In this document: positions 10,150-21,979 of the stretch, one piece after another | Numbering within the stretch: position 1 is the stretch's first letter | Layout: every line of letters starts with the position of its first letter | From: Azolla caroliniana | Taxonomy: Eukaryota > Plantae > Polypodiophyta | Length of the DNA: 44,069 bases | NCBI GenBank assembly: GCA_043228905.1 | Contig: JBHGNT010000256.1 | Coordinates: forward strand, 1 to 44,069 | Direction of reading: 5' to 3' | The notes under the pieces: generated by a model | Database searches by the model: none | The model's input: only the letters and a program-made list of their open reading frames with translations | What the model was told of the DNA's origin: nothing | Position numbers and translations under genes: made by a program

Positions 10150-13100
10150 CGGCATGGGATGTCTCTCCAATCCGATCCTCTTCCGGCATGCTTCCAGCTT
10201 GTCGGGTGTGAGCACCTTGGTCAGCATATCCGACCCGTTCTCGTCCGTGTGGACCTTCATCAGCACGAACTCCTTGTCTTCTATCCTTTCCCGGATCCAG
10301 TGATATCTTCGCTGGATGTGCTTCGTCCGGGAGTGATAGGCCGCGTTCTTCGCAAGGTGGATTGCACTCTGACTGTCGCAGTAGAGTCGGTACTCCTCCT
10401 GCCGGATACCGAGCTCTCTAATGAAGTCCTTCATCCATATTATTTCCTTGCCGGCTTCAACAGCCGCCATGTACTCCGCCTCCGTGGTTGACAACGCAAC
10501 CGTCTTCTGCAGCCTCGACTGCCATGAAACAGCTCCCCCTGCATACGTCATCACATACCCTGATGTGGACCGGCTGGTATCTGCATCAGCCGACATATCC
10601 GAATCGGTGAAGCCGTCGAGTTCGGGCTTACCGAAGCCGAATCGGAGGCACACGTTTGCCGTGCCCTTCAGGTATCGGAGTATCCACTTGGCCGCGTTCC
10701 AATGCTCTTTGCCGGGATTGCTCATGTACCGGCTCACCACTCCGACTGCATATCCTATGTCCGGTCTGGTACACACCATTGCGTACATCAAGCTCCCGAC
10801 GGCAGAGGCATATGGTACTTTCATCATGTCCTCCTTCTCAGCCTTTGTCTTGGGGCTCTGCTTGCTGGACAGCTTGCAGTTTGCCGGGAGTGTTGACCCG
10901 ACCGGTCTTGCTTCCGACATGTTGAACCGGTGAAGCACCTTGGTCACGTACTTCTCCTGTGACAGCCACAACTGCTTCTTCTTCCGGTCCCGGATGATGT
11001 GCATCCCTAGTATTTGCCTCGCCGGACCCAGGTCCTTCATTGAGAAGGTTCGGTGAAGAGCCTTCTTCAGCATCCGTATCTTGACCTAGTCTCGTCCGAC
11101 GATCAACATGTCGTCCACGTACAGGAGGAGTATTAGAAAGTCTCCTCCTTCGAACTTCTTCACAAACACGCAGTGGTCGGACTGCGTTTTGAGGTACCCT
11201 TCGTCGGTCATGAAAGAGTCGAACTTCCGGTACCATTGCCGGGGAGCCTGCTTCAGTCCGTAAAGGCTCTTCTTCAACCGGCATACCAGGTGCTCCTTCC
11301 CTTTCTTCTCGAATCCTTCCGGTTGCTGCATGTAGATCTCTTCTTCGAGGTCGCCGTGAAGGAATGCCGTCTTCACGTCCATCTGTTCTACCTCGAGGTC
11401 CATGCTTGCCGCTATGCTCAGCACCGTCCGGATGGAGGTCATCTTCACTACCGGGGCAAATATCTCGTCGAAGTCGACGCCCTTCTTCTGTTGAAACCCC
11501 TTCACCACGATCCTGGCTTTGTATCTCGGGGGGTTTCCGGCATCTCCCGGTTTCAGCTTGAACACCCACTTGTTTCGAAGTGCCTGCTTTCCTTTCGGCA
11601 ACTTCACAAGTTCATATGTGTGGTTCTCATGCAGGGAATCCATCTCGTCCTGCATGGCACTCAACCACCTGCGGCTCTGGGTGTCATGCTTTGCTTCTTC
11701 AAAGCTCTCCGGCTCCCCCTCGTCGGTTAGCAGCACGTGCTCTGGTTCCGGAAATCTCCGGGGGGCCCTTCTCTCTCTTAGAGGATATCTCCGTTCCGGA
11801 GCTTCGGTAACCGGTTCTTCCGATTCTTCTTCTTCCGAATCCATTTCGGGATCGGGGCCGGTTCCGGTATCATTTTCATCTTCTTCAGCCGGTTCTGTTT
11901 CTTCACCGTCTTCGGCCGGATCCTCGAGTGCTAACCGGTCCCTTGCCGGTCGGGACTGCTCCTCGTAGAGTTGATCCTCACCGGTCGACTTGGAGCTCTT
12001 CATCTTCTTCTCCGACTCCCAGTCGGCGAGTGTCTTGTTCTCCATGAAGATGATATCACGACTCCAGAATATCTTCTTGTCGACCGGGTCCCATACTCGT
12101 TAGCCGAACTCGTCATCGCCGTAACCGAGGAATATGCATGGCCGGGTCTTTGGATCTAGCTTTCCTCTCCGGTCCTTAACCACATGCACATATGCGAGAC
12201 ACCCGAACACCTTCAGATGCCGGTAGGATACTTCCCTTCCGGTCCACACTCTCTGCGGCGTGTCTCCGTCCAAAGGTACTGAGGGTGATCTGTTTATCAC
12301 GTATGTCGCCGTCGACATTGCCTCAGCCCAAAACCCCTTGGGTAATTTCGCATGCGCCAGCATACTCCGGACCCTCTCCATTATGGTCCGGTTCATCCTC
12401 TCGGCCAGCCCGTTCAGTTCCGGCGTCTTCGGCACAGTAAACTCGAGCCGGATTCCCTTCGAGCGACAGTACTCCGCGAACTGCCCCCGGTATTCCCCTC
12501 CGTTATCCGCTCGTATCGCTTTCAGCTTCTTGCCGGATTCCCTTTCCACTCTCGCGTGGAGTTCTTTGAAGACGCACAACACTTGGTCCTTTGTCTTCAA
12601 CGGTGCCGTCCACAGCTTCCGGCTGTGATCATCAATGAATGTTACGAAGTACTGGGCTCCGCCATGTGACTTCGTTTCTACCTGACACACATCAGTGTGC
12701 ACCAACTCCAATGGTGCGCTACGTCTCGTCGGTGGCCTTGAATGGAAGGAGGTTCGGTTCTGCTTACCGGCCAAGCAATCGGTGCACTTCTCCAGGTGCA
12801 CATGCTTCACTGGAATAAGGTTGTCTTCTGCAAGCCTCTTCATCCCCTTCTCACTCATGTGGCACAGTCTCTTGTGCCACAGCTCACCGGCAGTGTCGGC
12901 TGCCACATTCAACTCTTCCGGACACAGCCAGGCATTCATAAGGTACAGTGTGTTGACTTTCCGGGCCCGAGCCACTATCAGGCTCCCCTTGCTGAACTTC
13001 ATTACACCGTTCCGGATGCTACCTGTGTAGCCTTCATCGTCTAGCCTCCCGGCCGAAATCAGGTTCAATCGAACCTCCGGAACGTGTCGGACATCCTTCA

Positions 13101-14217
13101 GCAGCATTTTGCATCCGGTCGGGGTTGTCAACCACACGTCTCCTATGCCGGCAATCCGGCACGTACCTTCATTTCCCATCCGAACACAGCCATGCTCACC
13201 AGCTGTGTAGGATGAGAAGTATCTTCTTTCCGGGGTCAGGTGGAACGACGCTCCGGAATCGACCACCCAGGTAGTCTCATCGCCGGCAATGTTTAGTTCA
13301 CCTTCTTCGGTGATGAGCATGATCTCCTCTTCACTTGCCGCGAGTGCCGTCGTTCCTTTCCGGTCCTGCCCTCGCCGATCCGAACCATTCCGGTCCGTGG
13401 CTCCCCGGTAAGCATCGTTCCGTTCCGAAGACTTCTTCGAATCGGTGTCGTCGGCTCCGTTGTCTTTTCGGTAATGCTGACAATTCTTTCGGAAGTGCCC
13501 CGGCTTCCCACAGTGGAAGCATGTGGGTCTTCCTCTTGACTGCGACCGGGTCCCCGACTTCTCCCGTCTTTGCGGACTCCGGTTCCATTGTCTTCCCCGT
13601 TCCGATTCGGTAAGCAACGCCTTCGAGTCGGAGGCCGGTTCTTTATCTCTCCGACGCGCTTCTTCGTTCAAAATACTTGTCTTCACCGTTTGTAGGGACA
13701 AGTTATCTTCGGTGCAGGAGGTGCTGAGAATCACCACCAAGTTCTCCCAGCTTTCCGGCAATGTACACATCAGAATGATGGCTTGCATTGCATCCTCCAG
13801 CGGGAACTTGATCGCCGCAAGCTGGTTCACGAATCCCATGAACGTGCTTACGTGTTCCACCATACTCTCGCCGTCCCGGTACTTGAGGTTCACTATCTTC
13901 CTCATCAGGGAGGTCCGGTTCAACGCATTCTTCCTCTCGTAGAGGCCCGACAGCTTCCGCCACATCTCATATGCGTTGATGTCGTTCGCCACATGTTGTA
14001 GAACGCTCACGTCGACGTATTGCCGAATGGTTGCAACGGCTTTCCGGTTCAGAAGCCTCCATTCCGACTCAAGTACCCCCTTCGGTATTTCCGACCTGTC
14101 AATCGGTTCGTACAGGTCCCGAACAATCAGAAGATCCTCCATCTTGATCTTCCAGTCGGCGTAATTCTGCGCATTCAGCACCATCATCCCCGGCTGCCCG
14201 CTGCCGCCGCCTTCCAT
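10144..14217 (-). pseudogene. Copia gag-pol polyprotein (Gag, CCHC knuckle, protease, integrase, RT, RNase H) with two in-frame nonsense codons
   Basis: Motifs in one frame: CFHCGKPGHFRKNC, WVVDSGASFH, LWHKRLCHMS..CTDC, LVHTDVC..DNGGEY..NGLAERMNRT, QMDVKTAFLHG, LLYVDDML, GFTDSDM..STTEAEY..YCDSQSA..RTKHI..SDMLTK. Stops at 12100-12102 (TAA in GDDEFG*RVWD, normally Tyr) and 11086-11088 (TAG). Confidence 0.95.
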
Positions 14218-14232
14218 TTTCTGCAGCAGCTC

Positions 14233-14244
14233 GCTCTGATACCA
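14233..14244 (-). promoter_or_regulatory. Copia PBS (tRNA-iMet)
   Basis: TGGTATCAGAGC on the minus strand, 3 nt from the 5' LTR. Confidence 0.92.
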
Positions 14245-14247
14245 AAT

Positions 14248-14852
14248 TGATGGAAACAATCGACACTTTCCAAACTTCACCTCTCGGCCACAACCAAGGA
14301 AACACACACGAATCGTTGTTGCAGAAAATGGGAAATGCAGAAGTAAATAAGTGGACACACGATTTAACGTGGAAAACCCTGTACGGGAAAAACCACGGGA
14401 GTACAAGACTCCGAACCAAAACTATGCACAGAGAAGTATACAATGGCGAGCTGCAAGGCGACGACCTTGAGCTCGCTGTCCTCGCCACAGGCGGCGGAAA
14501 TACACAGAGGCGTCGACCTCTTCCTCTCTCACGCTCTATCTCTCTCACGGCTGCTCTCTCTTCACTCCTCTTGAGTGGAAAAACAGAAAAATGAGTAGCA
14601 ACATTAAAACTGTTTGCCCTAAGTCATATTTATACACATATGACTTTGGGGCTATTTACAACTATAGCCTCAAGGGCCCTTGGCAAACATATTCACAGAT
14701 ATGTCCCCGCATCCGGATCTCTCTCCGGGTACATTTGTCATCCGGCTCCGAAGCCGGGGTCTTCATCATCCGGTTCCGAAACCGGAACCGAGCTTGTCGG
14801 CATTCATCTCCGACATCCGACCATCCCATCCGAAGGGACCGTAATCCCAACA
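14248..14852 (-). repeat. Copia 5' LTR
   Basis: Direct repeat of 9529-10133. Confidence 0.95.
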
Positions 14853-14857
14853 CTAAC

Positions 14858-16160
14858 CACCTACGAAGGGAGTGTGGAGACTTTCGATAGGCCCTAAGAA
14901 GGGATATTGTCTATTCGACGGAGACAAGACGCCCCTTGGGATTGAATTAAGGCCAAGGGGGCATGAGAAGGCTAATGGAGGAGGCCGAAGCACGACATGT
15001 TGAAGTCGTCCACTACTCGGCGTCAGCTGGGATCCGAGTGGGGAAAGAGGTGATGAGGCAAGAGGAGAAAGAGTTTGAGTTTTGGCCATCAATCCTTGGA
15101 AGCCTCTCTAAGGGAAAGTTCAAAAGAGAAGAAGCGGATGAAGCGGAAAGAAGGGTCCAAGAAGCAACCGGGTGGAAGGATACGGTGGAAGAAAAGACAG
15201 ACTTAGTGGAAGTTGCTTGCCAAAACTACGAAGTAATGGTAGGAGAGAAGACGGTAGGAAATGACGAGGGAGCCGGTCCATCAAGGAAATACGACGCTCG
15301 AGGTGCGCGAAAAGCGAAGAGCCGAACCAGTCTCAAGCACGCAACGAAAGATGGAAAGAGAAGGGGAACCCCCCCCCCAAATTCAAGCTTTGCTCGGAGA
15401 TCGAACAAGCAACGAACTTGAAGAAGGTAGTGGAGGAAAGGATCCTCGATAGTCGCATAGAGTATACTCTGCGAGAGGTCCTTGGAATTGCTAAGAAAGA
15501 ACTCCACGAGGTCATCATCAACCTAATGAAGAGGAAGCGGCTCTCGACGGAGCAAGAAGTAGCAAAGCCCGCGATTGTAAATGCATTGTCAACTGAGGTT
15601 CCCGGGGAAGACGAAGACTATACAGGGATAGTCACTACATGAGGCCGCATTGGGCGAGAGCAACAACGGAGACACCGATACGGGTGGGGGATGTAAAAGA
15701 GTTGGTTGTAGCATTGATCGACCATGGCTCTGAGATCAACCTTATGTCCATGGACTTTTATAAAAAGGGAAAGTGGTTGATCAACACGAAGCACGGGTGG
15801 AAGATTAGAGTGGCGACCTGAGCAACCGAGGAGCTATACGGGGCTTGCCCGAATGTACGTGTGAATGTGGGGGACGTAGAAATAGATCAACATTTCTTTG
15901 TTCAAGAGACGTCCTCGCACCTGGTCATCTTGGGTGAACCATACATCACGGCGGCTCGCATGGAGACGAAGGTGCTAGACAACGGGTCGGCATATGCGAG
16001 GATCAAGAGCCAAGATGGGAAGCATTCGGTCGAATTCCTTACGGTGAGGCCCAACCATGAGCGCAATCGGGCCTCCGTCAAAGGGGAGAGCCAAGAGGAT
16101 TTTTTATGCGGGCTTTTAAAGAGTGGGGCCGCAATAGCCCGAGGCAAACTAAGACCCTAA
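14858..16160 (+). pseudogene. Gypsy gag 3' part, DUF4100-like region and aspartic protease (frameshifted)
   Basis: HLRREC completes the knuckle. Followed by ILDSRIEYTLREVLGIAKKELHE...HWARATTET (DUF4100-like, from recall), the protease site ALIDHGSEINLMS and VILGEPY. Confidence 0.8.
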
Positions 16161-16319
16161 ACCCTTGTAAAACTATTAAATGTAATAGGAAACATTTTTG
16201 GTTCTCCGAAAATGGAGCTTGTAAAATTACTAGTTTAAGTGATAGAGATAAGTCTAGGGCCAAGAGATACGAAAGGTATCTCAAACAATGTAATTTATTG
16301 GGGGAAGATGACACCATAA

Positions 16320-17449
16320 GCGGGCCATAGAGGAACGTGGGCAACATTCGAGAAATTAAAGGAGAAGTATTGGTGGTCGGGAATGTACAAGGATGTCGCC
16401 CATTTCGTGGGGACGTGTGAAAGCTGCCAGATACACTCCAACATACGCCATAGGGATGAGTTGCACCCGACCTACCCACCATACACTTCAAATGGATGGT
16501 GGATTTGGTTTCGATGCCGATGGGACTGGGCCAAATGAAATATTTGGTGCTAGCAAGAGAAGACCTAACAAACCAAGTGGAAGGGCGAGCCTTAGCAAAC
16601 AAAACGACGGCGGGGGTGTGTAAATTCTTACTCGAGGATGTCATCTGCCGGTACGGATGTGTGGGAAAGATAGTGTCCGACAGAGGAGAGTTGAACGCTC
16701 ACGAAGCTATAGAGCTCTTTGAACGACTTGGAGTGAAGCTCTCTCTCACGACCGCTTATAACCCGGAGGCTAATGGAAAGATAGAACACGGGCACGGGCC
16801 CATCGTGAAAGCCATTGTAAGAGCTTGTGATGGGCGAGTCGGGAATTGGCCTCGGTTACTACCTTATGCCTTGTGGGCTGACAAAACAACTCATAGCTCA
16901 ATTACAGGTTTCATGCCAACTGAACTCATGTATGGACAAAAGCCAGTGATGCCCATTGAAGACACGATCGTGTCATGGGTAGCGATGCCATGGGAAAACG
17001 AGATGAGTCGAGTAGAGCTTCTAGAAACAAGGATAAGGCAACTTGAGAGAAGACCCGAAGACTTGGAGTTGGCAACGGAGAGGTTAGAAGCGGCTAGGCT
17101 AAGTAACAAAGCCCGGTTCAACAAGACACACCGACTACGCCCTCGGAGGATCGAAGAAGGAGATTGGGTGATTGTATATGATAGTAGTCTCGACAATCAA
17201 CATAGCTCGATGCGGAAATTTGCAAAGCGATGGTTCGGGTTGTACGTGGTAATGAGTGCAAACGATAATGCTACCTACCATCTTGCTGAACTCGATGGGA
17301 CTAAGCTGGCAGTACCAATAGCAGGGAAGCGGGTCAAAATCTTCAAAAAGCGACATGATAGGGAGCCAAACCTCGATGACCTTGACGAAGATAAAGGCGA
17401 GCAAACAACGAGCCATGGTGTCAATGAGGAGGAGGAAATGAACTATTGA
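16320..17449 (+). pseudogene. Gypsy integrase (partial Zn finger, DDE core, C-terminal domain; no chromodomain)
   Basis: GHRGTWATFEKLKEKYWWSGMYKDVAHFVGTCESCQ, a frameshift near 16478, then WMVDLV..AREDLT..VSDRGE..YNPEANGKIE..KRWFGLY. ORF 16496-17449 is open. Confidence 0.9.
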
Positions 17450-17509
17450 CCACCCTCAGCCCGCCATTCTTGGCACATACTGGAGGATGTGCGGTTTGGT
17501 GGGGGTGGA

Positions 17510-18672
17510 TGTCGTGATGTGGCGTGCTTAAGAGCGGGAAAAACCGACGAAAAGGGGGTCAAAATGTGCATGTGCAATGTGTGCACACACAAAGGCGATT
17601 AATTATGTATATGCAAAATAAAAGGGAAAAGAAAGGGTGAAAACGATGTATAGAAGCTCGTGCAAAAAGTAAGAGAGAGGAAAGATAAAAGGTAGAGGGG
17701 AGACAGGCTATGAATTTGTAGAGGTAGAATTATATATTATATAAAATAGAGTTAATGGGCTAGTGGATAGTCAAATTGACCTCTAGCTAGAGGTGCACGG
17801 TTCAAAGTTGGTCTTACAATGAAGCATGATTTAAGGAATTTTATTCCTTTTGCATTGAAGACAAAATTGGCGACCCCCCTTTCTTTGTTTCCTATAAAAG
17901 GAGGTCAAGGGGGCACATTGGGGGACGATGTTTTTGTAAGGAGGAGACTATCGCCATTTTTCCTTCGGAGCTCATCATCATCTTCTTCACCACTTCTCTT
18001 CATCTCTTTATACCCCTTTATCCCCTCATCGCCACGTGCTCGTCTTCTTCACGTTGGCACTCGAAGTGCTCATGAGCCCAAGCTTCGTTGGTTCGATGTT
18101 GCTTCGCCACGTTCATCGTTGCGAGCCCGTGTTCTCGTCGTTCGGGTGGTCGTGGTTCGTTGGGGTTGGCATTTTGGTGGTGCTCGTGTGTTCATCTTCG
18201 TCGTGTTCGGTTTTGCTCTTGTCTCTAAGGGCATTTAGTATTTATGTTGGTTGACTTGAAGTTGCCATTGTAATCAAACCCTATTTTATAAAGGGTCCTG
18301 TAGCGTTGGAATCGAACACGTATTTATTTCTTTGGCCGATATCATTCGTGTTTCTTTCTTCTCTCTTTCTTTCGCAAAGAGGATTCGTAGAGAGAGTTCG
18401 TAGAGAGGATTCGTAGAGTGAGGATTCGAAGAGTGAGGATTCGTAGAGTGAGGATTCGTAGGGTGAGGATTCATAGGGTGAGGATTCGTAGAGTGAGGAT
18501 TCGCAAAGTGAGGATTCGGTGAGTGAAGATTCGTAGAGTCGGTTCGAAGAGTGCTTTATATTTATAAGATTTAAAATAAATAAATAAATAAATATTTATC
18601 CCTTGAGTACTCCCTAGTCCAAGACCCTCGTGGTCCCGCCCAAGTAACACACACGCGCGAGACTTTGCAACA
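17510..18672 (+). repeat. Gypsy 3' LTR (1163 bp)
   Basis: Starts TGTCGTGA after a G-rich PPT and ends GCAACA. TATA-like cctataaaag at ~17891. Homologous to 7715-8598. Confidence 0.88.
18379..18553 (+). repeat. Tandem 15-bp array (AGTGAGGATTCGTAG)n inside the LTR
   Basis: About 12 copies here; a shorter, more degenerate array is in the 5' LTR at ~8345-8478. Confidence 0.9.
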
Positions 18673-21600
18673 ACGCTACATATGAGTTGTGTTGAGTAGG
18701 ATTTGGTGACATCTAATGAAGGTAATGGCTAGGATTGGCACTACCTTTATTGTTGTTTCTTATCCATGCATTTAGTGGTAAGCTTTCTCCGCTACAAATG
18801 GGCAACAATCATAGTTGGTTTTGAACAATGGCATGCCGCATAAGACAACTATGATGGAAAATGTGATTACAAGGGAGTTTGGTAATATCAACATTAGCTT
18901 CAAATTCCTCCAAACAAATAGGGCGTTCTCTTTTATCACATCTTGTTTAGAAGTACTTTGTCGTATATAACTCCATCTGACAAACTCTTAGGATTGCATG
19001 TATATGATTCCCTCCTCTTGTGCTCCTCTCATCATCATTGTCTTCTAGAAGGAATTGCATATGTTGAAACAAGGAACTTGACGCCGATGCATGACTATAT
19101 CATTGAAGAAAAAACCAGAAGGATCCTTATAAATACATAACTATATTACATTGACATTACAAAAAAGTGAGTTGATCTTTTACCTAGAATTGTGTCGTAG
19201 GGATGCATTTGAATCAAATGACATCCACATATTCATGGAGAATTGTAGTTCACACTATAGAAGAGTAGCACGCAATGACGACACTTGTTTGTGACTATAA
19301 AAACTATGATGAAATAATTATAGTGAGGAGGTAATCAAATGGAAAATAATTATTTAAATAAATTTCAAAGTCTACTATCAGTATTGTATTTTCATGGAGC
19401 CGATTTTGAAAAGGCATTCACATTCTAGAGGGCTTAGTGCAATAATTGTTTGTTTTTATCTAGTTTCATTGCCAACAGATAGAGAAGGACACACGTGTAT
19501 TAGAAACATCGGATTATCTATGTTGTGCATTTCATGCCAGTTATTGTACATAAATTTATGTGTATGTGCACACGTGACTAAAATTCGGCCGTTGGAAGTT
19601 GCTTAAATTGACAGCAGATAAACTCCATCTAATCACTCATTCAAATATGTGAAAATGCTTTTGATGAACCCTTGTGGAAGACTATGAATAAGAATATTCA
19701 TAATTAAGAACACGGCTTTGAGATTACTCTACCAGTAATATACTGAACTCACATTTTTCCTTTTCCAATGCATGCCTTTATTCTTCTATAATGGCCAACC
19801 TTTATATAATAGAGATTACATATAGCCATGTTGTAAAGCTATTGAACCTTTTAAATAATGTTATCAATTTGCATGGCACTCAAGTATTGCTAGTGTAAGT
19901 CATAAAACATATTGTTAGAAAATTCTATTTTGTAGCATGATTGTTGTTTTCTTTTTGTTGTCAAACGTATGGTAGCTTGTTTTAATTATGTTTTGAAAAA
20001 ATCCCTCTCCAAGGAGATTTCCCATAGATTAATCATTATAGTATTCATCAAAGGTTATGTAAGATCATGTATTAAGCTTTTTTGAAGTCTTAACGTCGAA
20101 ATGCTAGGGGTAAAGACTATATTTTTGTAAGCATATATATTTAATCCTATTCGAAATGGATTGCACATAAGTACACTTAAAAGAGTGTAGATAAGTATGT
20201 TAATGACATTCCTTGTTAGTTTTTTATAGATGTGATAAGGTCTAATCTTTAACTTTTAAGGAATTTTTCATAAATTTCACGTTAAGTTGAAATTTTGAAG
20301 GGGGTAAGGCCAAATAGTTTGGGATATTCTCCGACATTACGAAAAATCCTCAATGGACCACTAGGAATCTACAAAGTTCAATAACATTTTTATGCTTGAA
20401 TTATTCAACATTGTACACGTATAAAGGATAGAGATCATGAGACCATAGCATTGCTACGTGACAAAAGCAAAATGCCCATGCCTCTTGTAAAGTTCGAGAA
20501 TGTTTAATCTTTTTAGCAGGAATATGCAGGTAAGAACTTAGAGGTTACAAGTCCAATCCATCACAGAAATTATCTCTAATTATTTATTCAATGCAATGTG
20601 GATGGGTGAGATGAGCTTAGGCAATTGTATAGAATCCACATTATTCAAGGCAATGTGGGGGGAGAAGATGAACTTAGGCACATGCAAACCTAGAAAAGTA
20701 TGTCTTTAAATCTTTTAGTAGAATCTTGATGAAGCCATAACTCAAATAATTAAGCACTTGTTCTAGTATTGCCATAGAAGCAAAGATGCAACACCTCTTT
20801 AGTCATTTCAAGAGCTTTTAGATATTTAGTCTCATGTTCAAAGCTACCACACAATACATCTAATCTTTCAATTAGGTGAGATTTTGGGGATTCTAGACAA
20901 TGTGGATGCCACTTACCACAAGGTCTTCTATCAACGTATTGTTCATGAATTATTCTTCATGTCAAATCTTTTAAGCAATCCTTGTATCATCATGGTTAGT
21001 TGTGTGACGTATCCCTCAAAAAATGTCAAATATTTTTCAAGTGGGTTTAGAATTTTGTGTGTAGTATTTTTTGTGGGTTTAGAATTCTATAGTCATGTCC
21101 CTAGATTCAATAATTTAATTATGCTTAGGCTTACGAATGCCTTTTATTATTGCTTTCCCTCATGGAATAACAACCCATTTACATGTTGAGGGAGATGAAC
21201 CTTATCAACCTTGACACCTTTGTTCTTCACATTCATTTGTACTCCATATAGGAACTTCGCATTGCATGACATAAGCTGACATCCTGACTAATCTTTTTAG
21301 ACGGAACATCATCTCACATATGAATAGGAAGTAAAGCTTTATGACTAACAGAGAATGCCACAACTAGTTGTATTAGATCTTGGGGGATCACAAACGAGTT
21401 TCTAGCACTCTAAATGTTGAAGTTGATACAAGGCTTCCAATTGCCAATCTCTACTGCCATTAACTTAAGATCAAGCAATCACTGTGTGGATTAGCTTTTT
21501 ACAGTTTACCCATTATAAAAGTAGCTGTACATGAATAAAGTAGCCGTACATGAATAGTCAGGTTTCAATATTAAGTGTCCATAATTACATAATGTCAAAA

Positions 21601-21979
21601 ATACCAGTAATGCTAGCCTAATTATCACGCTACAATGCACAACAAACTTATGAAGAAATTGGAGAATATGTTTAGTTTTCAGAATCTATTACGAGAAATA
21701 ACTTCTAATTTACAAGAATTTAGTAGAAATTGTATATATTCCTGTCCAAGTACATCCCCTTTTCAAAACCCCTCCATAAATCTTTCTAACGAAATTCAAA
21801 AATTCTGCACGAATCTTCAAAAACAATATACATTATCTCTTTTTAAACTCTCTTTGTTCGGAATAATGTGACATAAATGATTATCTTCCAGTAATTGTCT
21901 GTTCCTACTTTTTCCAGACATCAAATTTTCCATTGTTGTGAGTCATTCAAGAACATGATCAGTAGAAAGAATTCGAGAT

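Larger units (their letters stand above)
9529..14852 (-). mobile_element. Full-length Ty1/Copia LTR retrotransposon (Tnt1/Tork-like), 5324 bp
   Basis: Two 605-bp TG...CA LTRs (9529-10133, 14248-14852) with about 5 mismatches, perfect 5-bp TSD CTAAC (9524-9528, 14853-14857), tRNA-iMet PBS, PPT and a single-frame gag-pol. Confidence 0.97.
7715..18672 (+). mobile_element. Ty3/Gypsy LTR retrotransposon, non-autonomous (no RT/RNase H), Phygy/DUF4100-like, with a nested Copia insertion
   Basis: The 5' LTR (7715-8598, 5'-truncated) and 3' LTR (17510-18672) are roughly 93-95% similar by eye. A PBS lies at 8604-8621 and a G-rich PPT at ~17496-17509. Gag, protease and integrase remnants occur in Gypsy order. 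Confidence 0.9.

Noticed and set aside
12100-12102. Programmed stop-codon readthrough in the Copia pol (also 11086-11088)
   Set aside because: The stops fall inside conserved integrase/RT motifs (one replaces a conserved Tyr) and lack a known readthrough context; ordinary nonsense mutations are the simpler explanation.
10159-14250. Many plus-strand and alternative-frame ORFs overlapping the Copia element
   Set aside because: These are shadow ORFs caused by the GC-rich codon usage of gag-pol and show no recognisable motifs.
18379-18553. CRISPR-like appearance of regular short repeats (also 1196-1430)
   Set aside because: Eukaryotic context, no unique spacers and no cas genes; these are tandem repeats.
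19393-19594. Possible short MITE (gccgatttt ... aaaattcggc)
   Set aside because: The inverted ends are imperfect and no target-site duplication was found.
20760-21190. Faint resemblance to Gypsy RT (IMLRLTNA versus VMPFGLTNA)
   Set aside because: Too degenerate to support without a profile search.
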